Positions 9,621-17,881 of a stretch of 64,000 nt of DNA are shown in pieces; position 1 is the first letter of the stretch, and every line of letters begins with the position of its first letter. Under the pieces are notes generated by a model. The model was not told where the DNA came from. It saw only the letters and a program-made list of their open reading frames with translations, and did no database searches. Source of the stretch: Verrucomicrobiota bacterium (GTDB lineage: Bacteria > Verrucomicrobiota > Verrucomicrobiia > Limisphaerales > UBA1096). Location: positions 131 to 64,130 of the forward strand of contig JAYZHR010000025.1 of the NCBI GenBank assembly GCA_036166355.1, given 5' to 3'. A program made the translations under genes and the position numbers.

Positions 9621-10637
9621 TTATGGATTAGTTCTAGCTTGTGGCCGAGGTTTTTGTTTAGCCAACTGTTCTAATATGGAACAAAGATTAGTTAATCGAG
9701 GGGCATCAATTCCGCTGTCTTGGGCAACTGCCAGAGGCTTACGAAAAAGAGCATCTAACTCCAAGGGTCTGTTAGCTTCAAAATCAATTAAAGTAGAGGC
9801 TCGATAAGAACCCATTATCCGGGTCCGGGCACGCTGATCTTCCCCAGCATTTTGAGCAATGTTATATCCTAATTTACGGGCAGTTGAAATGACTTCATCC
9901 ATCAGTTCGCTGACTAGCTTTTCCCATGGTCCTTTATCAAGAAGTTGATCTGTTGCAAGGCATTCTCCAACTTTGTGATTAGGGTTTAATTGGCCGCTAA
10001 TTAAGGCTTCCAATCCAGCTGAAGCTGCAACGCCTAACCCATTAAATGGGATATTCCAAATTAGTTTCTCCCACTTAGCACAATCTAAGTTTGCAGCTAT
10101 TTCAACACGAATGCCAGACGCCCTAACTAATTGGGCAATGTTTTCTGTTTGTTTATCTGGTGGCCCATTGTATCTCCCCATGACAATTTTTCCGTGAGCA
10201 ATGTGTTTAACCACTCCAGGAGAAATGCGGTTAAGGCAAACAAAGCACATGCCGCCGAACACGGGGTTTTTAGGGAAAACCTTGGCCAAATCTGTTTCAT
10301 TGCCTAAACCATTTTGAAGGGTGAAAAGGGCGGTCTGTTTCCCAACTAGCGGCGACAGAAGTTTTGTAAAATTGTGATTAGCTGTGGTTTTGAGAGCAAT
10401 GAGAACAAGATCACATTCCCCAATTTCTTCAGAATGGCGAGCGATGTTAGGCTGAAGTGAATAATTTCCATCAACACTCTGAATGTGAAGGCCTTTATTG
10501 GCTACAGTTTCGAAATCATTCCTAAGCAGGAAATTCACATTCTTTCCTGATAGAGCTATTTTAGACCCGTAAAAACTTCCCACGGCGCCGCTGCCTACCA
10601 CAGCGATTTTACGAAACAGGGATTCTTTTAGTGTCAT
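9621..10637 (-). CDS. panE: 2-dehydropantoate 2-reductase (ketopantoate reductase, ApbA/PanE family)
   Basis: Track ORF trimmed to the ATG at 10637 (MTLKESLFRKIAVVGSGAVGSFYG, a Rossmann GxGxxG); the longer form would run through the hup terminator and into hup. The rest is colinear with the PanE family. Confidence 0.75.
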   Translation of the reverse strand: MTLKESLFRKIAVVGSGAVGSFYGSKIALSGKNVNFLLRNDFETVANKGLHIQSVDGNYSLQPNIARHSEEIGECDLVLIALKTTANHNFTKLLSPLVGKQTALFTLQNGLGNETDLAKVFPKNPVFGGMCFVCLNRISPGVVKHIAHGKIVMGRYNGPPDKQTENIAQLVRASGIRVEIAANLDCAKWEKLIWNIPFNGLGVAASAGLEALISGQLNPNHKVGECLATDQLLDKGPWEKLVSELMDEVISTARKLGYNIAQNAGEDQRARTRIMGSYRASTLIDFEANRPLELDALFRKPLAVAQDSGIDAPRLTNLCSILEQLAKQKPRPQARTNP

Positions 10638-10641
10638 AACG

Positions 10642-10680
10642 AAAAAAAAAGCGCCCAGCATGAGCGGGCGCTTTTCGATT
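10642..10680 (-). terminator. intrinsic terminator of hup (hairpin flanked by an A-run and a T-run, potentially bidirectional)
   Basis: GCGCCC (10651-10656) pairs with GGGCGC (10666-10671), plus 2 inner GC pairs. The A9 run at 10642-10650 gives a U-tract on the minus strand, 12 nt downstream of the hup stop. Confidence 0.7.
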
Positions 10681-10692
10681 ATAAAGCTGAAT

Positions 10693-10983
10693 TTAACCAG
10701 CAATAGAATCTTTAGCCGCTTTAGCAACAGCAAATTTCACTACAGTCTTAGCTGGAATCTGAATGGTTTCTCCAGTGGCAGGATTTCTGCCCATCCGAGC
10801 CTTGCGGTTTACAAGCTTCAATTTGCCAATACCTGGGAAGGTAAAAGCACCGGTAGCTTTTGTGCTAGAAATGGCCAAATCAGCCAAGTTCGCCAAGAGG
10901 TCGGCCGCTTGTTTTTTTGTGAGGTCATTCGCTTCAGCAACAGCTGCCGCGATCTGTGATTTTGTCAACGGTTTATCTGCCAT
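10693..10983 (-). CDS. hup: HU family DNA-binding protein
   Basis: 96 aa. The beta-arm motif GFGKF-like FPGIGKLKLVNRKARMGRNPATGETIQIPAK is typical of HU/IHF. Confidence 0.9.
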   Translation of the reverse strand: MADKPLTKSQIAAAVAEANDLTKKQAADLLANLADLAISSTKATGAFTFPGIGKLKLVNRKARMGRNPATGETIQIPAKTVVKFAVAKAAKDSIAG

Positions 10984-11083
10984 GATTTTATTGGTACGGG
11001 TTTCTGCTATTTACAAAAAGTAGTGCTGTACTACCCGGGGTCCGTTGTACGAGCCGACATAAGGCTTCGCAAGCAGAAAAACC

Positions 11084-11120
11084 AAAAAACTCTTTATTTT
11101 TTAAATAAAAAAAAGAGAGG
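11084..11120 (-). terminator. candidate AT-rich intrinsic terminator downstream of the 11234-14113 gene
   Basis: On the minus strand CTCTCTTTTTTTT / AAAAAATAAAGAG forms a ~13-bp stem (one mismatch, one wobble) with a 4-nt loop, followed by TTTTTT (reverse complement of 11084-11089). It is weak because it is AT-rich. Confidence 0.35.
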
Positions 11121-11233
11121 ACATCTAAGAATGGATAAAGATCTTAAGGTAATTGTGTAAACGATTTCTATCGACAGGGGTTGATGGTAATAACTTTTGC
11201 GAGAAGTTTTTCCTTTCAGGAAAAGCATAAATT

Positions 11234-14113
11234 TCAGTTATTCTCTAAGAAAGAATCGCTTTTAATAACCTTAGTGATCAGTGTTTTTAGCCTAAAATTG
11301 TCGTCTTTAGTTTGATTTACAATCCGATCAATCACTAATGAGTCTGATGGCGAAAGTTCACGTGACAAGGCAAAACGGAGAAGATGCGAGGTAAAAGCTT
11401 TCGCAAAACGCTTATCTTCTTTAGCGATGGACTCTTTGAATTCCACGATATTTTTAAATGGGTATTTTCGAAGTAATTTGCCTGTTGCGTCCACCTCTCG
11501 GCCATTTGGGTATTTGTCACGCCAGCGCCCAGTGATGTCGAAGTTCTCCAGAGCAAACCCAAGAGGGTCCAATCGTGCATGGCAACCGGCGCAGTCAGGA
11601 TTCTCACGATGTTTTGCAAATTTCTCCCGTATAGTTAAATGCTGTTCTGCAGCATCCTCATTGAGAGGGGGGATGTCGTTTGGAGGAGGAGGAGGGGGAT
11701 CATTAAAAATTACTTCGATAACCCAAGCTCCACGAGCAATTGGATGGGTGCGAAGAGTTCCATTGTTCATGCTAAGCATAGCGGCGCTAGTAATAATGCC
11801 TCCGTAACGCGGATTTTTCGTATTAACACGAACAAATTCGTTGGAGCGTAGTTTGTTTCGTATTTCGTCATCGAATCGACGATTAATTTCTTTTTGCACC
11901 TCCTCAGGATCACGAGGTTTTTGCATTTTATTTAGTTTTTCTTGAGCTTGATTCAAGGTTTTGTGCAAAGCCATACGCTCTAGGGTAGTTTTTTCTCGAA
12001 TAGGCTTGAGTTCGGAGGCTTGAGCGAAAAAGTGTTTAGCCAATTCGGACTGCTGTTCGGTAGACCTCTTGTCTTTGGCGACTTGCAATGCAGTAATAAT
12101 CCCGGAAGGGAGGGGGGTTGCCTTTGTCCTGAAATAAAAACCATATCCCCCTCCACCGTTTGATACTTTAAATAGAAGCTCATTTTCTCCTTTGATTAAA
12201 CGCACCTTTATCTTGTCTTGGTCTGGAGCGATTCCTCTTGTAACAAAACGGTTTGCGATCAACTCGCCATTGAGCCAAATTTTAAAACTGTCATCACTGC
12301 CTATTGAAAATTCTTGTTCGTGCTCTTCTCCACTGTGAATGATTCGGTATAGATAGGTACTACAGTTGGAGCCTATCAACTGGTGGACTTTTCCATCCTC
12401 TAAATTTTTGGCTAATTCCCACTTTAACTTGCCATGAATTTTTTCAAGGTTGACGTTTGTTTCGTTAATGAACGCTCGCTCATGGGCTCCCTTCAGATTG
12501 TTGCTTTGGAATGGGCCTATCTTCCTCCAAGGAGACAAGACGGTGCTGGTCTCTAGGATCTTCTTTTGGGTGTTCTCCCATTTTGCTCTGGACTCTGATA
12601 GGTCTAACTTACGTGCGGCTTCCTCAATGATTGAAGGAATATTTTTTGAATATTCATCCAATTCAGATTTAGCAATTTTAATTTTTGCTTCAGCTGCTTT
12701 TAGTGCAGCAATTATAGGTTTATTATCTTCTTCAATGGTTTTCGCATTCACTTTTTGAGGCTTTAAATCACTGCCATACCATAGGTTAAGGAAATCACTG
12801 CGATAGCTAAATGATGGGGTTATCAATTCAATGATGGGCCGGTTTTCTACAAATACGGTATCGAAAAGGAGTAGGGGCTCAATAAGCATTTGAAGGCTAG
12901 CTGGATGGGCTTTATCAATCGAGAAGAACCGATGCTGCTTTGGGTCTGGAGTTGCGGACAAGATGTTCTCAAGCTGCATCCATTGAGATGGAAAGGAATC
13001 TAGAAAACGCTCGATTTTGGGATCGGCCATCATCCTTGATATTGTTTTTTTGAGTACATCTGGCCGGGCCAGATCTCCACTTTCAGCTAGGTCAAGGAGA
13101 TGAGAGTCAGGAATACTTCCCCAAAGCAAAAAAGAAAGGTTAGAGGCCAGTGAATAGTTTTTTAGTTTTGTATTATCTGCTTGGTAGCAAAACAAAAACA
13201 TGGGAGAGGACAGTGCTGCTGAAGAGACCTTTTTCATCACATCATGATAAGGCATGCCCTGTTTAAGCTTGACTAGCGCATAGTTGGTATAGCGAGTGAT
13301 AACATGATTTTCAACTGGGGACCTAAAGCAATGGCGAAGGAATGTTGCGATGCGGGTTTTTGTCTCTGCCGTCACATCTGCATCTTCGGCAGGTGCTTCG
13401 AAAAATTTTTCCCAAATGCCGACGGTGGTTTTATTGAAGTCTGGGCTTTCGACAATGGAAACACTGAGTCGAAGAAAGGAATCAAATAGCAGAGGAGACA
13501 ATGTAAGTTGATTAGCTTGATTGTCAAAGCCATGTGACGCTCTCAAGTCCTGTGGGAACGGCTTAACTCCTCTCATGCCTTCTGAAGGAGCAAGGGCATG
13601 CGAGCGGGTATTAACTTTCTCTGGCATTCTTGGTGAGGTGAGATAAATGGTCTCTCGAGTCATTAGCTTTTCGGGCAACGAGAATATGTTGCGGTTGAGC
13701 TTGAACAAGTCGCGGATAGCGTTGTTATACTGAAATCGGTTTAACCGACGAGGAGGATTGCGATTACGAATCTGATTTTTGGCGGATGTCTTTAGCATCC
13801 CCTTGAGAGTACTTATTAGCTCGCTTCGTGTTTTATTAGGCAGTGCATTTTCATCTTCTGGAGGCATGTCCCCAGAATCGAGAACGTCGATCAATTCTTT
13901 AATCAGGATAGGTTGTCCTAGGAGGGCTTGAGTATCAGTTATTTCTTTTAGATTGATCTTGCCTTTTATCTTGGAGCCGCCATGGCATTTGACACAATAA
14001 CGAGCAAAAACCGGCTGGAGCTTTTTCTGGAACTCATCGGTTTTTGGAGCTGCAGGGAATATTATCAGCGCAAGAAGTAGTGCCCATCCCAGAGTGAACC
14101 GTTGAAAATACAT
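11234..14113 (-). CDS. large secreted PSCyt / DUF1587-DUF1592-DUF1588-DUF1585-type protein with two CxxCH motifs and an internal domain insertion
   Basis: Trimmed to the ATG at 14113, 4 nt after the upstream stop (MYFQRFTLGWALLLALIIFPAAP is a signal/anchor). N-terminal CVKCHGG...GKINL, poly-Pro box NDPPPPPPNDIPPL, and C-terminal NPDCAGCHARLDPLGFALENFD. Colinear with the paralogue at 20835-23507 except for a ~295-aa insert. Confidence 0.8.
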   Translation of the reverse strand: MYFQRFTLGWALLLALIIFPAAPKTDEFQKKLQPVFARYCVKCHGGSKIKGKINLKEITDTQALLGQPILIKELIDVLDSGDMPPEDENALPNKTRSELISTLKGMLKTSAKNQIRNRNPPRRLNRFQYNNAIRDLFKLNRNIFSLPEKLMTRETIYLTSPRMPEKVNTRSHALAPSEGMRGVKPFPQDLRASHGFDNQANQLTLSPLLFDSFLRLSVSIVESPDFNKTTVGIWEKFFEAPAEDADVTAETKTRIATFLRHCFRSPVENHVITRYTNYALVKLKQGMPYHDVMKKVSSAALSSPMFLFCYQADNTKLKNYSLASNLSFLLWGSIPDSHLLDLAESGDLARPDVLKKTISRMMADPKIERFLDSFPSQWMQLENILSATPDPKQHRFFSIDKAHPASLQMLIEPLLLFDTVFVENRPIIELITPSFSYRSDFLNLWYGSDLKPQKVNAKTIEEDNKPIIAALKAAEAKIKIAKSELDEYSKNIPSIIEEAARKLDLSESRAKWENTQKKILETSTVLSPWRKIGPFQSNNLKGAHERAFINETNVNLEKIHGKLKWELAKNLEDGKVHQLIGSNCSTYLYRIIHSGEEHEQEFSIGSDDSFKIWLNGELIANRFVTRGIAPDQDKIKVRLIKGENELLFKVSNGGGGYGFYFRTKATPLPSGIITALQVAKDKRSTEQQSELAKHFFAQASELKPIREKTTLERMALHKTLNQAQEKLNKMQKPRDPEEVQKEINRRFDDEIRNKLRSNEFVRVNTKNPRYGGIITSAAMLSMNNGTLRTHPIARGAWVIEVIFNDPPPPPPNDIPPLNEDAAEQHLTIREKFAKHRENPDCAGCHARLDPLGFALENFDITGRWRDKYPNGREVDATGKLLRKYPFKNIVEFKESIAKEDKRFAKAFTSHLLRFALSRELSPSDSLVIDRIVNQTKDDNFRLKTLITKVIKSDSFLENN

Positions 14114-14117
14114 ACAC

Positions 14118-15491
14118 CTAGGCCCAGAGGTCAGATATAACTCCTTGGCTGTCAGCATAAGATTCCATCTCCACGCCCATAAGGTTGGCCAGCGTAAGCC
14201 AAAGGTTAGAGTTAAGAGTTCCACTTTTCATCTTGATGAATCTGCCCTGTTTGATTTGTCCTTGCGCACCGCCGGCCAAGATCATGGGGAGGTCGTAAAA
14301 CTGGTGTGTGGCTCCGTCCCCAAGTGCTGCGCCGTAGGCAATCAAAGAATTATCTAGCATGGTGCTGCCGTCGGATTCCTTGATCTCCTTCATGCGCTGG
14401 ATCATGTAAGCATACTGCTGGATGTGGAAGGCATCTATCTTTGCGAGTTCTAGGTATCCATTCCCTTTTTGATTGTGGGTCATATTGTGATGCTGCACCG
14501 GTTTATCGAACACACCTTCATACATGAGTGTGGCATCCCAGCGTTCGGGGCCTATCATAAAGGTGGAAATATTTGTTATTCCCATTTGGAAGGCTAGTAG
14601 CATCAGATCTGCTTGTAATCGTATATACTCGCCGCGCGGCAACACTTCGTTCTTGGGCATTGTAATATCTGCGTCAGCGAGCAATTTTTCTAGCTTTGCC
14701 ATGCGTATTTCTACATTACGTACCATGGTCATGAATTCATCCATGGTAGAACGATCTTCAGTGGAAAGTTTTCGTGAGAGAGCTTTGGCATCAGCTAGTA
14801 CCAGATCTGATACATCAGCTATGTGTGAACGAAATGAATCTTTTGAGAAAAGGCGATCGTAAAGCTTACGCGGATCGCGTATGGAAGGGGCAATTTTTCC
14901 AGGCCCATACCAAGATATATTATCAAATTCAATTGGTTCCTTTGGTGCTCGAAATCCGTTGCAGCTAATTTCTAAAGTGTTGAGTACTGTTTTGTGCCCG
15001 ATCTTATCTCCGATAATTTGGTCTAGGCTGCGCCCGTTAGGATGACGTATTCCTTGGTCAGCCGCCTGCACAGGAGAAAGGCTTGTAAGATAGCAGGAAG
15101 CTCCTTGCGCATGAACGTCTTGCCCATTCTTAAATGTTCGGTCTAGACCGGTAATCATCGTGATATCATTCTTATGAGCTTTAAGATGTTTCAGGGTGGG
15201 AGTCCATTCGATATCGTGGATGCCTGGATTGTTCTTAAACCGCCGTTGCTCTTTGGTTTTGTCCGCATTAAATCCACCAATGAAATCTGGAATCTCAGCT
15301 TGCCCCTCTCCTGGAAAAAACTGTCGTCGTACTATTCCATTTGGGATGTACATGATCACCAGCTTTTTATCAGGTTTTTTTGCTGCCTTCGCTGCCATCG
15401 TAGCAGGCGCAGAATGAAGTACTGGCAATAAGACAGTGGCTCCTCCTGCTTTAAGGAATGAACGTCGGGATAATTGTTTAGGATTCAGCAT
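14118..15491 (-). CDS. DUF1552 domain protein with Tat-type signal
   Basis: Twin-arginine N-terminus SRRSFLKAGGATVLLP. VIMYIPNGI... and overall colinearity with the second DUF1552-like gene at 19415-20815. Adjacent to a DUF1592-type giant, its usual partner. Confidence 0.8.
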   Translation of the reverse strand: MLNPKQLSRRSFLKAGGATVLLPVLHSAPATMAAKAAKKPDKKLVIMYIPNGIVRRQFFPGEGQAEIPDFIGGFNADKTKEQRRFKNNPGIHDIEWTPTLKHLKAHKNDITMITGLDRTFKNGQDVHAQGASCYLTSLSPVQAADQGIRHPNGRSLDQIIGDKIGHKTVLNTLEISCNGFRAPKEPIEFDNISWYGPGKIAPSIRDPRKLYDRLFSKDSFRSHIADVSDLVLADAKALSRKLSTEDRSTMDEFMTMVRNVEIRMAKLEKLLADADITMPKNEVLPRGEYIRLQADLMLLAFQMGITNISTFMIGPERWDATLMYEGVFDKPVQHHNMTHNQKGNGYLELAKIDAFHIQQYAYMIQRMKEIKESDGSTMLDNSLIAYGAALGDGATHQFYDLPMILAGGAQGQIKQGRFIKMKSGTLNSNLWLTLANLMGVEMESYADSQGVISDLWA

Positions 15492-15650
15492 TATAAAAAC
15501 CTGAGATAGAAAGCTATTCTCGGATTTCTCCTGTCGTTTTGCAAGCGGATCTTAATCTGACGTATTAGAGCACTATTTATTCGAAATCGAAGAATTTGGT
15601 ACGTTGGCTCCCCCGCCAAAACTTAATGAATTTAGATTGTTTGAGATGAG

Positions 15651-16808
15651 TCAGGGCCTTCGAACCCCATGCTTTTTGTAAAGGCGTTGCCAGTAGTCTT
15701 TCCAGTACGTGTCGTAATAGTCGTAGGCAGCATTTTGGATGTGCGGCAATTCAGAGACCTTGAGAGAACTAGGGCTATAGTCTTTGAGATGATCTTGACC
15801 TTTACGAAGTCGTGGCGAAACAAAGCGCCAATCCGTATCGCCTAAAACATCTTTGCATAGTTTGGCTCCAACCGGATCGTATTTTATGAGTTGATCACGC
15901 GTGTGAATGTGATTGTGATCATGATCCATTGTTCGATTTGTGTCGAACCAGCATTGATAAATTTCAGCCCAATACTCAGCTCTATTTTTTGCGGCGTAAC
16001 ATTGCTTGGGCCCTCCAAACTGAATTAGCACTTTGTCATGCTTAGTGACTTTAACATTTTTTTTAGTCTTCTTTCCGTTTACCAATATATCTCCGCCCTT
16101 CAAGCTTTTTCGAAGAAGTCTGGGGTGTTCCTCCTTAAAAGATTTCTTTAATTCTGAAAGTAGTTTGACCGGCGATTCGCTCTTTACGCGACGGTAACGT
16201 TGCGCGGCTCGGCCATCATTCCAGATTCCAATATTCTTAACATTTTCAAATGCAGCAGTGAGTCTTTTTTGTAACTCTTCATCGAATCCCGCCCCATGCA
16301 CCACATGTCCAAATTCATGGACTAAAATGCTTTCAAGTTGCATGCCCCCTTCGTATTCCATCACATCTTCCTCTGCGAAAACTACTGTTGGTCGGGAGCC
16401 TATATAGGTAAGGAAGCCACGCTGCCGCCAATTATAAAAATCCAACTCATCTCCGGTTTTATTTGTGGAAAACTGTGGTAATTGAGAGGTTAGTTCATCA
16501 TGTCCAATTAACAGGCAAAGTACTTTCTTTTTGCGAATACGATCTGCTATATCGGGTTTCAAATTACGCATGAGCATGTCGAACTGATATGCTGTTTCTT
16601 GGTGAGCAACGCTGGCGACTCTACTGGAAGTGGCGATTAGGATGCCTTGGGCCATCGTTGCTTTTTTGTAAAAAGCACGGTCAAGCTTGTACTCATTCGC
16701 TTGTGCCTCGGAAAGGGATTTGATGGGGTAAGACTCCTTAGCAAGTGTCTTTTCCTCGAGAACTAAAAAGGAAAAAAGAATTGTTGCAAAAAATTTGGCC
16801 TTCAACAT
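15651..16808 (-). CDS. secreted putative zinc metallopeptidase-like protein (HExxH)
   Basis: Signal peptide. ILVHEFGHVVHG contains HExxH, and the downstream NRAEYWAEIY resembles the Glu-containing third-ligand helix of gluzincin/MtfA/ATLF-like folds. A Lys-rich insert lies between the two. Confidence 0.5.
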   Translation of the reverse strand: MLKAKFFATILFSFLVLEEKTLAKESYPIKSLSEAQANEYKLDRAFYKKATMAQGILIATSSRVASVAHQETAYQFDMLMRNLKPDIADRIRKKKVLCLLIGHDELTSQLPQFSTNKTGDELDFYNWRQRGFLTYIGSRPTVVFAEEDVMEYEGGMQLESILVHEFGHVVHGAGFDEELQKRLTAAFENVKNIGIWNDGRAAQRYRRVKSESPVKLLSELKKSFKEEHPRLLRKSLKGGDILVNGKKTKKNVKVTKHDKVLIQFGGPKQCYAAKNRAEYWAEIYQCWFDTNRTMDHDHNHIHTRDQLIKYDPVGAKLCKDVLGDTDWRFVSPRLRKGQDHLKDYSPSSLKVSELPHIQNAAYDYYDTYWKDYWQRLYKKHGVRRP

Positions 16809-16849
16809 GTCGCAAAGTTACCCAAGCTAGCATTTCAGACAATCTTTGA

Positions 16850-17821
16850 TCAGAGGAACTTTACTGCCAGCTTAATTGCTTCGAACAAGCTATTGGGGTT
16901 CGCGTGGCCGAGTCCAGCAATGTCAAGTGCAGTGCCGTGGTCAACCGAGGTGCGGATGATCGGCAGCCCTAGTGTTGTATTTACAGCTTGATCAAAGCAG
17001 AGCGCCTTTAGAGGGATATGACCTTGATCATGGTACATGCAAACGTACAAGTCGGTTTCTTTGCGTTTTTCTGGAATAAAAGCAGTATCAGGGGGAACAG
17101 GTCCTTCAACATTGAGGCCTAGTTTTAATGCTGCCTCAATTGCGGGGAGGATTGTTGTTTGTTCTTCCGTTCCGAAAAGGCCGTTTTCCCCTGCATGTGG
17201 GTTTAAGCCGAGGACAACAATTTTTGGATTGTTTCGGTGAATACGTTGGACCGCTTGGGCTCCCAGCTCTATGACATTTAGAATGTCAGCTTTGGTAAGT
17301 TGTGATGGGACATCGGTGTAGCTTAAGTGTGTAGTCACAAATACAGCTCGCAGCTCGCTTGAGTATTGCAGCATACAAGCACGTGATGAGTGGGTCTTGT
17401 TTGCAAAAATTTCCGTATGCCCAGGGAACTCAATGCCTGCCATGTGCAGGGCTTCCTTGTTAATCGGGGCAGTCGTTACGGCTGAGACTTGTCCGCTGAG
17501 AGCAGCATTAATGGCATCTTCGATATAGGTAAAAGAGGCTCGGCCAGTAGCAGCGCTTATTTTCCCAGTTGTGAATTCGCAGGGATCAATTCCTCCAATA
17601 TTAAGCACGCAAGGAGCGGTTGCTTCACTCAAGCCATTAATAATTCGCTTGGGGTTCGCCAAGTTACACTGCGCGGCTGATTGTTCTAACACCGATGCGC
17701 ATCCAAAGATAATTGGTGTGCAAATTTGGGAGACTTTCTCGTTTTGTAAAAGTCGAAGACAGATCTCTGGCCCTACGCCGGCTGGATCTCCCATAGTTAC
17801 CGCAATCTTAGGCAGGCTCAC
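16850..17821 (-). CDS. pdxA: 4-hydroxythreonine-4-phosphate dehydrogenase PdxA
   Basis: IAVTMGDPAGVGPEI start, FPGHTEIFA, and SVDHGTALDIAG; all are PdxA family hallmarks. Confidence 0.85.
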   Translation of the reverse strand: MSLPKIAVTMGDPAGVGPEICLRLLQNEKVSQICTPIIFGCASVLEQSAAQCNLANPKRIINGLSEATAPCVLNIGGIDPCEFTTGKISAATGRASFTYIEDAINAALSGQVSAVTTAPINKEALHMAGIEFPGHTEIFANKTHSSRACMLQYSSELRAVFVTTHLSYTDVPSQLTKADILNVIELGAQAVQRIHRNNPKIVVLGLNPHAGENGLFGTEEQTTILPAIEAALKLGLNVEGPVPPDTAFIPEKRKETDLYVCMYHDQGHIPLKALCFDQAVNTTLGLPIIRTSVDHGTALDIAGLGHANPNSLFEAIKLAVKFL

Positions 17822-17881
17822 ATTAAGTAAGGGGAAAGATAGAGTTTTCTATTTTGCATGGATAAGGCAATGAATTATCAA

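Noticed and set aside
10660-11023. Plus-strand ORFs of 99 and 86 aa.
   Set aside because: They are antisense to the canonical HU gene and are shadow ORFs.
11682-11698. A GGAGGAGGAGGAGGGGG run, with a similar G-rich run at 21276-21300, which might be slippery or phase-variable simple repeats.
   Set aside because: On the minus strand, both encode the conserved poly-proline box (DPPPPPP) at the same position in the two paralogous giants. This is a conserved protein motif, not a hypervariable tract.
14114-14224. Long N-terminal extensions in the track for several minus-strand genes. Besides this one they are 23508-23573, 46057-46152, 49252-49320, 10638-10733 and 28385-28426.
   Set aside because: Each extension overlaps the 3' end of the upstream gene and lacks family similarity. 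Internal ATGs placed 1-8 nt from the upstream stop give proper signal peptides or family-typical N-termini.
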